From: an uncultured Clostridia bacterium
Lineage (GTDB): Bacteria; Bacillota; Clostridia; Christensenellales; UBA1242
Assembly: GCA_946496065.1 (NCBI GenBank)
Contig: CAMMFF010000007.1
Location: 1,690-65,689, forward strand
Length of the DNA: 64,000 bases
Direction: 5' to 3'
The position numbers and the translations under genes are program-made. This document shows, one piece after another, positions 9,324 through 19,108 of the stretch (position 1 is its first letter; the number at the start of each line of letters is the position of its first letter). Under the pieces are notes generated by a model. It had not been told where the DNA came from. It did no database searches and saw only the letters and a program-made list of their open reading frames with translations.

Positions 9324-10118
9324 ATGGAAAAAATTAAAAAAATATTTAAATTTTTTACACCTTATGAATATTGTTGGTTTATTAGTATAACCATTTTGGC
9401 TTTTGTGTTTGCTTTTCTGTTTCCCGAAGAAGATATTGGTGGAGTAAACGGAAAAGTCATTATGGCATTATATCTTGTGGATATTTTCAGCAATATATTG
9501 TGCGAACTTTTGATTTCAAAACAAAGCAAATGGAACTTTATGGTTTCGCTTGTTGTTGAATTTACAGAGATTGCCATTTGCATTGTTTGTGCGTATCGTT
9601 TTGCAACAATGGCGGCAACAATATTTTTCTGGATACCTATCGACATCATCAGTTTCTTTATGTGGAACAGACACAAAGATGTTGAAGATGAAAAAATTAC
9701 TGAAGTAAGAAGATTGAAAGGCTGGCAAGAAATTCTTGTGATTGTTGGCATTGTTGTTTGGACTGTTGTGATTGGCTTCCTTTTGACTTTGATTGATGTT
9801 GAAGAAGGAATATTGTCTGACAATCCCGTTATGGAAAAAGTTGTTTGTTACATTGATGCTTGTTGCAGTGCCGTTGGAATTGCGAATGGACTTTTCATTT
9901 TGTTCAGGTATCGGGAGCAATGGATTGCGTGGTATATTGCAACATTTTGCGAGGTCGCAATAAACATCATTTCAGGACAGTGGGTGCTTTTGGTTTTGAA
10001 GTTTGGATATTTGACAAACACAACTTACGGATACATTATGTGGACAAAGAGCATCAGACACAATGAAGAGGACTACACGCATAGAAAAATTATGAAAGTT
10101 TTAAAGACAGAACTTTAA
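9324..10118 (+). CDS. pnuC: PnuC-like nicotinamide riboside transporter family membrane protein
   Basis: ~7 TM segments; SKQSKWNF and FFWIPIDIISFFMWNR motifs resemble PnuC signature (from memory). Confidence 0.55.
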   Translation: MEKIKKIFKFFTPYEYCWFISITILAFVFAFLFPEEDIGGVNGKVIMALYLVDIFSNILCELLISKQSKWNFMVSLVVEFTEIAICIVCAYRFATMAATIFFWIPIDIISFFMWNRHKDVEDEKITEVRRLKGWQEILVIVGIVVWTVVIGFLLTLIDVEEGILSDNPVMEKVVCYIDACCSAVGIANGLFILFRYREQWIAWYIATFCEVAINIISGQWVLLVLKFGYLTNTTYGYIMWTKSIRHNEEDYTHRKIMKVLKTEL

Positions 10119-10140
10119 TGGTCTGTCTTTTTCATTTTTT
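10103..10140 (+). terminator. rho-independent terminator
   Basis: AAAGACAGA / TCTGTCTTT stem overlapping pnuC stop, then T-rich run. Confidence 0.7.
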
Positions 10141-10148
10141 TATGCTTA

Positions 10149-10157
10149 TGCATATAT
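10149..10157 (+). promoter_or_regulatory. extended -10 box TGcATATAT, 6 nt before murB ATG (leaderless candidate)
   Basis: No SD between box and ATG 10164. Confidence 0.4.
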
Positions 10158-10163
10158 ACAAAT

Positions 10164-11030
10164 ATGTTTGAAGAATTTGAATGTTTGGAAAATGTGGAAC
10201 TATCAAATTATTCCACGATGAGAACTGGTGGAAAGGCAAAATATCTTGTCTTTCCCAAAAATGTTAAAGAATTGCAAAAAATTTTGAAAATAATCAAAAA
10301 AAACAAGCAAAAATTCTGCATTTTTGGAAATGGCAGCAATATTCTTTTTAAAGATGAGGGTTTTGATGGCGTTTTGATTAATCTCAAACACCTTAACAAA
10401 TTTGAAGTCTTGGGAGAAAGTGTTTATGTTGGTGCGGGCATAAATCTTTTTTATCTGAACCAAATTTTGCAAAAAAAAGGTTTGAGTGGTTTGGAATGGT
10501 CATATGGCATACCTGCAACATTGGGCGGACTTGTGGTGAACAATGGTGGCTGTTTAGGTCATGAGATTGCAGATTTTGTTGAAGAAGTTTTTGTTTTGAA
10601 GGGATTGAAAGTTTTGGTGCTAAACAGGTCAGAAATTGAATTTTCTTATAGAAATTCAAGTTTAAAACACAAATTTATCGTTCTGAGTGCAAAATTGAAA
10701 TTAAAACACGAAAATCCTGAAGTTATAAAAGCAAAAATGATTGATTATCTTGAAACGAAAAGAAAAAGTCAGCCATGTGAATATCCGTCACTTGGAAGTG
10801 TTTTTAAAAGAGTGCATGGTGAGGGAATTTTGTATCCTGCCAAATTGATTGACAACTTGGGGTTGAAAGGTGTTAAAATAGGGGGAGCAGAAGTTTCCAA
10901 AAAACATGCAGGATTCATAATCAATGTTGGTGGAGCAACCAGCAGAGATATTGAAGATTTAATCGTGTTTTTGGAAAGTAAATTGGCAGAAATTGGAGTG
11001 TTTCCAGAGCGAGAAATTGAAATTTTGTGA
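10164..11030 (+). CDS. murB: UDP-N-acetylenolpyruvoylglucosamine reductase
   Basis: YSTMRTGGKAKYLVFP, FGNGSNILF, SLGSVFKR, C-terminal MurB domain. Confidence 0.9.
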   Translation: MFEEFECLENVELSNYSTMRTGGKAKYLVFPKNVKELQKILKIIKKNKQKFCIFGNGSNILFKDEGFDGVLINLKHLNKFEVLGESVYVGAGINLFYLNQILQKKGLSGLEWSYGIPATLGGLVVNNGGCLGHEIADFVEEVFVLKGLKVLVLNRSEIEFSYRNSSLKHKFIVLSAKLKLKHENPEVIKAKMIDYLETKRKSQPCEYPSLGSVFKRVHGEGILYPAKLIDNLGLKGVKIGGAEVSKKHAGFIINVGGATSRDIEDLIVFLESKLAEIGVFPEREIEIL

Positions 11031-11050
11031 AAAAAAGGAGAATTTTGGGT

Positions 11051-11509
11051 ATGAATAAGTGGGACAAGCGTTTTATGGAACTTACCGAACAAATCGCAAC
11101 ATGGTCAAGTTGTTTGAGAAGACAAGTTGGTGCGGTTATTGTGAAAGATAAAAGAATTATGACAACGGGGTATAATGGTGCACCTGCTGGTGTTCAAACC
11201 TGTGTTGAAAAAGGAAAATGTTTGAGAGAGGAATTACATATCCCAAGTGGAACACATGCAGAAACTTGTTATGCAGCACATGCTGAGCAAAATGCGATTA
11301 TTCAGGCTGCAAGAGAGGGAATAAGTCTGAAAGGTTGCAAACTTTATTGCACACATCAGCCTTGTGTTGTTTGCGCAAAAATGATTATTAATGCTGGAAT
11401 TAAGGAAGTTATATATAAGGAAGGTTACCCTGATGCGTTTTCTGTTGAAATCTGCAATGAGGCCGGGGTGAAACTTACAAGATTTGATGAATTAGACAAA
11501 AAGGATTGA
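11051..11509 (+). CDS. comEB: dCMP deaminase / ComEB-type cytidine-deoxycytidylate deaminase
   Basis: HAEQNAI and PCVVCAKMIINAGI zinc motifs; ATG 11051 follows AAAGGAG. Confidence 0.85.
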   Translation: MNKWDKRFMELTEQIATWSSCLRRQVGAVIVKDKRIMTTGYNGAPAGVQTCVEKGKCLREELHIPSGTHAETCYAAHAEQNAIIQAAREGISLKGCKLYCTHQPCVVCAKMIINAGIKEVIYKEGYPDAFSVEICNEAGVKLTRFDELDKKD

Positions 11510-11510
11510 T

Positions 11511-11951
11511 ATGAAAGCAGTTATTCAAGTGGTTGACAATGCATCACTCTCTGTTGATGACAAAATTGTTTCAAAAATCGGAAAAGGAATGGTTGTTTAT
11601 TTTTGTGTTGAAAAAGGTGATAATGAAGAAAAATTGCCTTTTTTTGCAAAAAAATTGGCAAATTTACGCATTTTTCCTGATGAAAATGGAAAAACAAACC
11701 TTTCTGTTAAAGATATTGGTGGAGAAGTTTTGCTTGTTTCACAATTCACTTTGGCTGGAGATTGTGAGCATGGTAATCGTCCTAGTTTTATTGCGGCTGA
11801 ACTTCCAGAAAAAGCAGAAGAGTTTTATTTGAAATTGGCAAAGATGCTTGAAAAAGATTATCTTTTGCCCGTCAAATTGGGTGTTTTTGGTGCAGATATG
11901 ACAATTTTGCAGGAAAACAAAGGACCATTTACGATAATTTTGGACAAATAA
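11511..11951 (+). CDS. dtd: D-aminoacyl-tRNA deacylase
   Basis: MKAVIQVV..., SQFTLAGD, NKGPFTIIL motifs. Confidence 0.9.
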   Translation: MKAVIQVVDNASLSVDDKIVSKIGKGMVVYFCVEKGDNEEKLPFFAKKLANLRIFPDENGKTNLSVKDIGGEVLLVSQFTLAGDCEHGNRPSFIAAELPEKAEEFYLKLAKMLEKDYLLPVKLGVFGADMTILQENKGPFTIILDK

Positions 11952-12042
11952 CTTTCATAATGTTTTTGATAATTTTTATAAAACCTTATGGATAGTTGTA
12001 AAAAAATGGCAAAACTGATAAAATAACACTAAGGAGTTTTTT

Positions 12043-12807
12043 ATGCTTTTATACGGAGATTATCACACACATTCAATCTATTCCAGAAATCACCATGGAA
12101 AGGGAACAGTTTTAGAAAATGCGTCCGTTGCTGCAGACAAGGGGCTTAAACAAATTGCCATCACAGACCACGGATTTAATCATGAATTTTTTGGAATCAG
12201 AAGAAAAAATATACCAAGTTTGCAGGAAGACATTTTGAATGCAAAAGAAATCACTGGTGTTGACATTCTGCTTGGAGTGGAAGCGAATCTCATTTCACTT
12301 GATGGCGATGTTGATGTCAGAGAAGAAGACTATGAATTTTTGGATATCTTTTTGATGGGATATCACAAAATGGTTCACACAAGCTCTATGAAAGACAAGT
12401 TTTTGCTTTGTTGGGCAAACAACATTGGCAAGATTTTTGGCGAGAGCAAAGAAAGAACAAATCGAAACACAACAGCACTTTTGAAAGCTCTTGATAAATA
12501 TCCAATTGATGTCATCACTCATTTGAACTATGGTTTTCAAACAGATACAATCGCCATTGCAAAAATGGCAAAACAAAAAGGCATTTATGTTGAACTGAAT
12601 GGAAAGAGAATCAATTTCACTGAAGATGAAATTCGCACCATGACTACTGAAGGAGTGAAGTTTATCGTCAACTCTGATGCTCATACTCCAGACAGAGTTG
12701 GGGAAGTTAATAATGGGTTGAATTTGATTTACAAATATGACATTCCACTTTCTCAAGTTGTCAACATTGATAAATTGCCAAAATTTCACAAGAAAAGAGG
12801 GAACTGA
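12043..12807 (+). CDS. PHP-domain phosphoesterase
   Basis: GDYHTHSIYS...ITDHG...H.N...DAH histidine motifs of PHP fold; TGATG overlap with whiA. Confidence 0.75.
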   Translation: MLLYGDYHTHSIYSRNHHGKGTVLENASVAADKGLKQIAITDHGFNHEFFGIRRKNIPSLQEDILNAKEITGVDILLGVEANLISLDGDVDVREEDYEFLDIFLMGYHKMVHTSSMKDKFLLCWANNIGKIFGESKERTNRNTTALLKALDKYPIDVITHLNYGFQTDTIAIAKMAKQKGIYVELNGKRINFTEDEIRTMTTEGVKFIVNSDAHTPDRVGEVNNGLNLIYKYDIPLSQVVNIDKLPKFHKKRGN

Positions 12808-13769
12808 TGAGTTTTTCTAGAGAGTCAAAAGAAGAGATTTTAAAGACAGAAATTGAGGACGATACCGCCGCTCTGTCTTTTTTGTCTGGACTTATTCACT
12901 CTTGTGGAGAAATTGAAAAAATTAACAACAAAATTTTTATTAAAATTGTTTCTGATGTTGAGAAATTGTTTGCCTACTGCCAAAAAATAATCAAGCGACT
13001 TTATGGCGATGACATTCAGCCAGAAGTTTCTGAAAACTATAACATTAACAAAAACACTTTCTATGAAATTTCCTTTGAAGTTGAAAAATTTAAGCAGTTG
13101 CTTCTTGATGTTGGGGTTATTGACTTTTCTGATGGTCTGACTTTCAATTTTGAGATTGACAAGAATTTGCTTCATGAAGATGAGACAAGAAGAGCGTTCA
13201 TCAAAGGCGTATATATCGGTGCAAGCACTTCAAGCATCAAACTTTCTGCGGACACGACGCAAAGTTGTGGTTCGGGTTATCACATGGAGTTTGTTTCTCG
13301 AAGTCACAATTTTCTGTTGGAGTTTTCCAGCATTTTGGCGGAATATAACATCATTGGAAAGATTTTTGAGAGAAAAAATTCTTATGTGCTTTACATCAAA
13401 GACGTCAACACCATTCAAGATTTGTTGGCTCTTGTTGGTGCAAATGAGAGCGTGTTGAAACTCAGCAATGAAATTGTCACGAGAGAACTTAGAAACAAGG
13501 TCAACAGGCAAGTTAATTGCATAAACGCAAACATCAACAAGACGGTTGAGGCAAGTTTGAAGCAAGTTAATGCAATCAACACCATAATTGGCACGATTGG
13601 ACTGGAAAGTTTGCCTGAAGATTTGCAAGAAGTCGCAGTTTTGAGACTGGCAAATCAAGAAGAAAGTTTGGACGAGTTGTTGAAATTGTCCACAATCAAA
13701 CTCACTAGGTCTGGACTCAATCACAGATTTAGAAAACTTATTAAAATTGCTAACGCTTTGGAGGAATAA
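12807..13769 (+). CDS. whiA: DNA-binding protein WhiA
   Basis: LAGLIDADG-like FLSGLIHSCGEI, C-terminal HTH ...LTRSGLNHRFRKL. Confidence 0.88.
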   Translation: MSFSRESKEEILKTEIEDDTAALSFLSGLIHSCGEIEKINNKIFIKIVSDVEKLFAYCQKIIKRLYGDDIQPEVSENYNINKNTFYEISFEVEKFKQLLLDVGVIDFSDGLTFNFEIDKNLLHEDETRRAFIKGVYIGASTSSIKLSADTTQSCGSGYHMEFVSRSHNFLLEFSSILAEYNIIGKIFERKNSYVLYIKDVNTIQDLLALVGANESVLKLSNEIVTRELRNKVNRQVNCINANINKTVEASLKQVNAINTIIGTIGLESLPEDLQEVAVLRLANQEESLDELLKLSTIKLTRSGLNHRFRKLIKIANALEE

Positions 13770-16700
13770 TGGGAGATTTTGTTCATTTGCACGTTCATAC
13801 TGAGTTCTCACTTTTGGACGGTATTGCCAGAATCAACAAATTGGTTGACATAACAAAAGAAAGAGGCTACAGTGCGGTTGCAATCACTGACCACGGAAAT
13901 ATGTATGGAACTTTGCAGTTTTTTGAAGAGTGTATTAAGGCTGGAATTAAGCCTATCATAGGCTGTGAGTTTTATATTTGTCATGATTTACATAAAAAAC
14001 AGGGGAAAGATGACATTGGTCATATTATTTTGCTTGCCAAGAACAACAAAGGTTATCACAATCTTATGAAATTGAACGAAATCGCCTTCTGTGACGGATT
14101 TTACTATAAGCCTAGAATTGACTATGAGACTCTTGCCCAACACAGCGAAGGAGTCATTTGTCTTTCGGCTTGTCTTGCTGGACACATTCCTTCTCTTATT
14201 ATGCAAAGAAGATTTGATGAAGCCGATGCGTTGGCTCTCAAACTTAAAGGAATGTTTGCTGAAGGAGATTTCTATCTTGAAATTCAAAATCACAACATTC
14301 CAGAGCAAAAGATTGTCAATCAATATTTGGCAGAGATGTCAAAAAAATTCAACATCAAAATGGTGGCAACAAATGACGTGCATTATCTTTACAAAGAAGA
14401 TGCTGAAATGCAAGATGTTTTGATGTGTGTTCAGATGGGCAAATTCCTTGATGACACTGACAGATTGAAATTTTCAACTGACGAATTTTATTTGAAAACT
14501 TATGAAGAGATGATGGATGCAATGCAAGGCTTTGAAGAAGCGGTTGCAAACACTGTTGAAATTGCAGAGAAATGCGAAGTTGTCATTCAAACAAAATCTT
14601 TGGGAGAAATTCCTTCTGTTGATGCAAAATATAAGTTGCCAGCTTCAAAAAACTATATTCCGGTTTACACCACTTCCACTGGCGAAGAGCCTTATGAATT
14701 TTTGAGAAGAATTTCTTATGAGGGGTTGCATAAAAATTATAAGGAAGTCACTCAAGATTTGATTGACCGACTTGAAATGGAGCTTCAAATCATCAAAGAG
14801 CAGGGCTTTGTTGAATATTTCTTGATTGTGTGGGATTACATTCATTATGCCGAGAGTCAGGGGATTCCTGTTGGACCAGGAAGAGGAAGCGGGGCTGGAA
14901 GTTTGGTTGCATACTGCTCGGGAATCACTAAGATTGACCCAATCAGATATAGTTTGTTCTTTGAAAGATTCATCAACAAAGAGCGTGTTTCCATGCCAGA
15001 CTTTGACGTGGACTTTTGTATGGACAGGCGTGGAGAAGTTATTGAATACGTCAAAAGAAGATATGGTGTTGACCATGTTGCCGGCATTGGAACCTTTGGA
15101 TGTATGCAGGCAAAGAATGCCATTAGAGATGTTGGAAGAGTTTTGAGAACCCCAAACCCAGATGTGATGAAAATCACAAAACTTATTCCAAGCAAATTGC
15201 CCGATGGAATCAAAAAACCACCAGTTTTGAAATATTATTTTGGGACAACCGGAAAACCAGAAAATGACAAGTACATAATTCCAGAGTTGAGAGAACTCTA
15301 TGACAACGACGAAAACATCAAAAGAATTGCCGACATGGCCATCAAACTTGAGGGTGTTCCAAGAAACACATCTCAGCATGCTTGTGGTGTTTTGATTGCG
15401 CCAGAACCTGTGGCAAACTTTGTGCCTGTTGCAAAAACTGACAACGAACGTGTGACTCAATACAGCATGATTGAGCTTGAACACCTTGGCCTTTTGAAAA
15501 TGGACTTTTTGGGACTGAGAACATTGACAGACATCAAAAAGGCTTGTGATTATATCTATCAAAGCTATGGCAAAAAAATTGATTTTTATAGTATGTCATA
15601 CGATGATCCAAAAGTTTTTGAAATGCTTGCTGAAGGAAAAACTGATGCTGTTTTCCAACTTGAAAGTGCCGGCTTTAAGAAGTTTATGAAAGAACTTAAA
15701 CCAACCTGTTTGGAAGATATTATCGCGGGGGTTTCTCTTTATCGTCCAGGACCTATGGATTCCATTCCTAAGTTTGTTAGGAACAAGCAAAATCCTGATG
15801 AAGTTGTCTATGATGATCCTTGCCTTGAAGACATCTTGGACGTTACTTATGGCTGTATTGTCTATCAAGAACAAGTTATGAAGATTGTTCAGGTTATGGC
15901 TGGATACAGTTTGGGACAAGCCGACAACATTCGTCGTATCATGGGTAAAAAACAGGTTGATAAGATTGACAAAGAAAGGGAAAAATTTATCAATGGGTGG
16001 GAAGACCCTGAAGGGAAGAAGAGTATTCCAGGTGCTGTTAAACTTGGACATGATGCAAAAGTTGCTGACAAAATCTTCAATGAAATGAAGGAATTTGCGA
16101 AATACGCCTTCAACAAATCACACGCTGCTGCCTATGCTCATGTAACATATCAAACAGCATATTTGAAGTGCTATTATGAAACAGAATTCATCACTGCAAT
16201 TTTGAATGACAGAATCACCAACGCCGACGACATAAAGAAATATGTTTCTTTTGCCAGAAGTGAAGGAATTGAGGTTTTGCCACCAGACATAAACAAAAGT
16301 TTGACATATTTCAATGTTGAAAATAAGGCAATCCGTTTTGGACTTGGAGGACTGAAACATGTCGGCACTGCTCTCACTGACAGCATAATCAAAGAAAGAG
16401 AAGAAAATGGACAGTTTAAGAGTTTTGATGACTTTATCAATCGTGCTGTTCAGGTCGGAGTAAACAAAAAGGCTATTGAATGTCTGATTTTGAGCGGGGC
16501 TTTTGATTGCTTTGGTCATGCCAGATCTCAATATATGGCAGTTTATGAAAAATTGGTTGAGAGAGCAATAAAGGACAAAAAGAGCAATCAACTTGGGCAA
16601 ATGTCTTTCTTCGGTGAAGATAAACTTGTTGACACGACAGATTATCCAGACATCAAAGAATTTAACAAGAAAACATTGCTTAAATACGAGAGAGATATCA

Positions 16701-17359
16701 TTGGTGTCTATATGTCAGGACACCCTTTGCAAGACTATGTGAAACGTTTTGACAATTACACTTTGACTTCAGATATGCTTTCTTCAAATTCTCAAGATGA
16801 AATCGGTGAGGACGATGAATATTCTGAAGAGCAAAACACAAATGAAAGCAATTTGCAAGATGGTCAACCTTTCGTGTGCGGTGGAATCATCACAGAAGTC
16901 AACAAAAAGCGTTCCAAGTCCGGTCGAGAAATTTGCTATATGAAATTGGAAGACTTGAAGGGGACTTTGGAAATCACATTTTTCAGCAATGCTTTTGCAA
17001 AATACAGAAGCATCATTGAAGAGGACAATTTGGTCACAATCAAAGGAAGAATCAATATTCGTGATGGAATGCCACCTTCTCCTGTTGGTGAAGTTGTCAT
17101 TTTGTGGAAAGATGAAGAAGAAAATGCTACAAAAGCAAAACTAAAGCAAAGACTTTGTTTGCGCTTTGACACCAAGAATCCAGACATATATAGCAAAGTT
17201 AAAAATTCCATTTCGTCATATCCTGGAGAGACTCCAGTTGTTATCAAATGCAGTTCGTCAAACAAGGTGTTTAATTATCAACAACAAGTGAGAATAAACA
17301 ACTATCTTCTCAACGAACTTCGTGGAATTATTGGAAATGAAAATATTGTGGTTCAATAG
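13769..17359 (+). CDS. dnaE: DNA polymerase III alpha subunit (DnaE type)
   Basis: N-terminal PHP FVHLHVHTEFSLLDG, PDFDVDF, FNKSHAAAYA motifs; 1196 aa; start overlaps whiA stop (TAATG). Confidence 0.95.
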   Translation: MGDFVHLHVHTEFSLLDGIARINKLVDITKERGYSAVAITDHGNMYGTLQFFEECIKAGIKPIIGCEFYICHDLHKKQGKDDIGHIILLAKNNKGYHNLMKLNEIAFCDGFYYKPRIDYETLAQHSEGVICLSACLAGHIPSLIMQRRFDEADALALKLKGMFAEGDFYLEIQNHNIPEQKIVNQYLAEMSKKFNIKMVATNDVHYLYKEDAEMQDVLMCVQMGKFLDDTDRLKFSTDEFYLKTYEEMMDAMQGFEEAVANTVEIAEKCEVVIQTKSLGEIPSVDAKYKLPASKNYIPVYTTSTGEEPYEFLRRISYEGLHKNYKEVTQDLIDRLEMELQIIKEQGFVEYFLIVWDYIHYAESQGIPVGPGRGSGAGSLVAYCSGITKIDPIRYSLFFERFINKERVSMPDFDVDFCMDRRGEVIEYVKRRYGVDHVAGIGTFGCMQAKNAIRDVGRVLRTPNPDVMKITKLIPSKLPDGIKKPPVLKYYFGTTGKPENDKYIIPELRELYDNDENIKRIADMAIKLEGVPRNTSQHACGVLIAPEPVANFVPVAKTDNERVTQYSMIELEHLGLLKMDFLGLRTLTDIKKACDYIYQSYGKKIDFYSMSYDDPKVFEMLAEGKTDAVFQLESAGFKKFMKELKPTCLEDIIAGVSLYRPGPMDSIPKFVRNKQNPDEVVYDDPCLEDILDVTYGCIVYQEQVMKIVQVMAGYSLGQADNIRRIMGKKQVDKIDKEREKFINGWEDPEGKKSIPGAVKLGHDAKVADKIFNEMKEFAKYAFNKSHAAAYAHVTYQTAYLKCYYETEFITAILNDRITNADDIKKYVSFARSEGIEVLPPDINKSLTYFNVENKAIRFGLGGLKHVGTALTDSIIKEREENGQFKSFDDFINRAVQVGVNKKAIECLILSGAFDCFGHARSQYMAVYEKLVERAIKDKKSNQLGQMSFFGEDKLVDTTDYPDIKEFNKKTLLKYERDIIGVYMSGHPLQDYVKRFDNYTLTSDMLSSNSQDEIGEDDEYSEEQNTNESNLQDGQPFVCGGIITEVNKKRSKSGREICYMKLEDLKGTLEITFFSNAFAKYRSIIEEDNLVTIKGRINIRDGMPPSPVGEVVILWKDEEENATKAKLKQRLCLRFDTKNPDIYSKVKNSISSYPGETPVVIKCSSSNKVFNYQQQVRINNYLLNELRGIIGNENIVVQ

Positions 17360-17367
17360 AGGTTAAT

Positions 17368-18246
17368 ATGAAAATTTTAGTTTTGGCTAGTGGTGGAGAT
17401 GCACCAGGAATGAACAGATTTATGTGGGAGATATACAGAAAATTTAAGGACAATGTATATTTTGCTTTTGCTGGCTTCACAGGGCTTGTTAATGGTCAAA
17501 TTTTTCCACTTTCTGAAGTTATTGACAGTTCAAAGAAAAACAGTGCGGGTGTTGTTACAAAGGCTTCTCGTTGCCCAGAGTTTAAGCAGGCAAAATATTT
17601 CAATATGGGACTGGAATATGCAAAAAAATTTGATGCTGTGATCATTTTGGGTGGCAATGGTTCAGAAAAAGGAGCCAAAAGATTGTTTGAAAATGGAGTT
17701 AACACAATTTTTGTTCCAGGAACAATCGACAATGATGTGGAAGATTGTCATTACAGCATTGGATTTTCAACTGCTGTCAAAGAAGCAGTTTATTCGGTTG
17801 AAAACACCATGCCAAGCATCGATGCCTTTTTGAATGCTTGTTTGTTTGAAGTTATGGGCAGAGAAGATGATTCAATTTGTAAAGAAGTTGCAAAACAAGT
17901 TGATGCTGATTATCAAGTTGTCGATGAAAAAACTCTTGACTATGAAAAAATGAAGAATGTCATTTTGAAGAAATACATTGCTTCCAGCAGTGCCAAGATC
18001 ATAGTCAGAGAAAACATTGCAAACATCACAGAAATTGCATCAAAACTCAACGAAATGCTTGGAATGAACATTGTCAAAACTCAAATTGTCGGAAGAACAC
18101 AAAGGGGAGGTTCTCCGACAAAGCAAGAACTTTCAATGGCCACCAAGTTTGCAAAAGAAACTATTCGTTGCATCAAAACCAAAGTTTTTGGAGTGAGAGT
18201 TTTGGCTGATGAGAATTTGAATATCATTGTGACAGAATTTAAATAA
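17368..18246 (+). CDS. pfkA: 6-phosphofructokinase family protein (divergent, 292 aa)
   Basis: SGGDAPGMN, PGTIDND, EVMGR, QRGGSP motifs; GGDGS replaced by GGNGS. Confidence 0.8.
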   Translation: MKILVLASGGDAPGMNRFMWEIYRKFKDNVYFAFAGFTGLVNGQIFPLSEVIDSSKKNSAGVVTKASRCPEFKQAKYFNMGLEYAKKFDAVIILGGNGSEKGAKRLFENGVNTIFVPGTIDNDVEDCHYSIGFSTAVKEAVYSVENTMPSIDAFLNACLFEVMGREDDSICKEVAKQVDADYQVVDEKTLDYEKMKNVILKKYIASSSAKIIVRENIANITEIASKLNEMLGMNIVKTQIVGRTQRGGSPTKQELSMATKFAKETIRCIKTKVFGVRVLADENLNIIVTEFK

Positions 18247-18272
18247 AAGAAGTCAGACGACTTCTTTTTTAT
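18247..18272. terminator. bidirectional rho-independent terminator
   Basis: AAGAAGTC / GACTTCTT stem flanked by A-run and T-run, between convergent genes. Confidence 0.8.
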
Positions 18273-18279
18273 TTTGTTT

Positions 18280-19005
18280 CTAGTCTAACAATATTTTGCA
18301 ATAAGTCTGTTTAATTAAAGATGAGAAAGTTTGTGTTGTTGTGTCATAATTTTCACTGATCAGATTTGACAAACAATTATTTGTTGCAGTTAAGGTTGAT
18401 TGCAAAGATTGAAGTGATGTGTTGTTTGACTGTTTGAAAAAGGTGTCAAAGTTGGCTTTGGTTGAAACATTTTCAGAATAGATGGTGTTGCATTCCAATT
18501 TTGCTTTGGTCTTGTCAAAAACATTTGTATCCAAACTTATTGCAACATCATACAGATTTTTGAAAGTTTCAATTTTTGATTTTAGGCAATTTGTCAAAAT
18601 TGTTTTTTCATCTGCGGAAAAATTCCCTTCCACCATCGATTTTTCCAGAACTATTGTCAAAATTTCTGTTTTGACCCCACTTGTTTGAAGATTGTTTTTG
18701 ACAAGTTCTGCATCATTGAAATTTTCATATATGCTGGCAATGAGATAGAATTTGTCATCTTTTTCATAGATGTAGCCAGCACCATTTTGTGTTTGCAATT
18801 CTTGCTTGCTGGAGGACAACTCTGCCTCTGTTGTTCCACTTGTCATTGAAATTGCATACACAGTTTGGTCATCGCAGGAGACAACAGAGGAGTATTGAAA
18901 CAGGTTTGAAGTCACTATTGCTGTGGAAATCAAATAGCCACATGAAACGCAAGCGCATAGCCCTACAATCATTAAAAGAAGAGACAAAATGGAAAATTTT
19001 TTCAT
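18280..19005 (-). CDS. membrane-anchored hypothetical protein (possible SPOR-like fold)
   Basis: N-terminal signal/TM MKKFSILSLLLMIVGLCAC; segment ...GAGYIYEKDDKFYLIASIYENFNDAELVKNNL resembles SPOR repeats (weak). Confidence 0.6.
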   Translation of the reverse strand: MKKFSILSLLLMIVGLCACVSCGYLISTAIVTSNLFQYSSVVSCDDQTVYAISMTSGTTEAELSSSKQELQTQNGAGYIYEKDDKFYLIASIYENFNDAELVKNNLQTSGVKTEILTIVLEKSMVEGNFSADEKTILTNCLKSKIETFKNLYDVAISLDTNVFDKTKAKLECNTIYSENVSTKANFDTFFKQSNNTSLQSLQSTLTATNNCLSNLISENYDTTTQTFSSLIKQTYCKILLD

Positions 19006-19010
19006 GCTCT

Positions 19011-19016
19011 ATTATA
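19011..19016 (-). promoter_or_regulatory. TATAAT box 5 nt upstream of the ATG at 19005 (leaderless candidate)
   Basis: Minus strand reads caaaaTATAATagagcATG, no SD. Confidence 0.35.
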
Positions 19017-19093
19017 TTTTGAAAAATTTTCACATATACCTTTCAAATCAAAATGAATTAATCTCAAATTTATTTTTAATTTGTCGGAAACTT

Positions 19094-19102
19094 TGTTATA
19101 AT
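19094..19102 (+). promoter_or_regulatory. extended -10 TGtTATAAT, 6 nt before patatin ATG (leaderless candidate)
   Basis: tTGtTATAATaaacttATG, no SD. Confidence 0.45.
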
Positions 19103-19108
19103 AAACTT

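Noticed and set aside
14645-15562. 305-aa minus-strand ORF. Similar long antisense ORFs occur at 57310-58185, 52473-53096, 55116-55739, 13230-13811, 12295-12789, 1255-1722 and 16118-16600.
   Set aside because: All lie antisense inside strongly recognisable conserved genes (dnaE, fmt, recX, priA, whiA, PHP, rpsE). They lack SD sequences and have odd Cys/Phe/Asn-rich compositions typical of shadow ORFs in A+T-rich DNA.
18989-19108. N-terminal extensions proposed by the ORF track. This one is for the patatin gene; others are 37224-37337 for rnr, 26853-26876 for the SH3b gene, 52126-52236 for yigZ, 39763-39810 for tilS, 3883-3921 for adk and 58248-58328 for rlmN.
   Set aside because: Internal ATGs are preceded by good SDs or promoters and match the conserved N-termini. 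The extensions overlap neighbouring genes or promoters.
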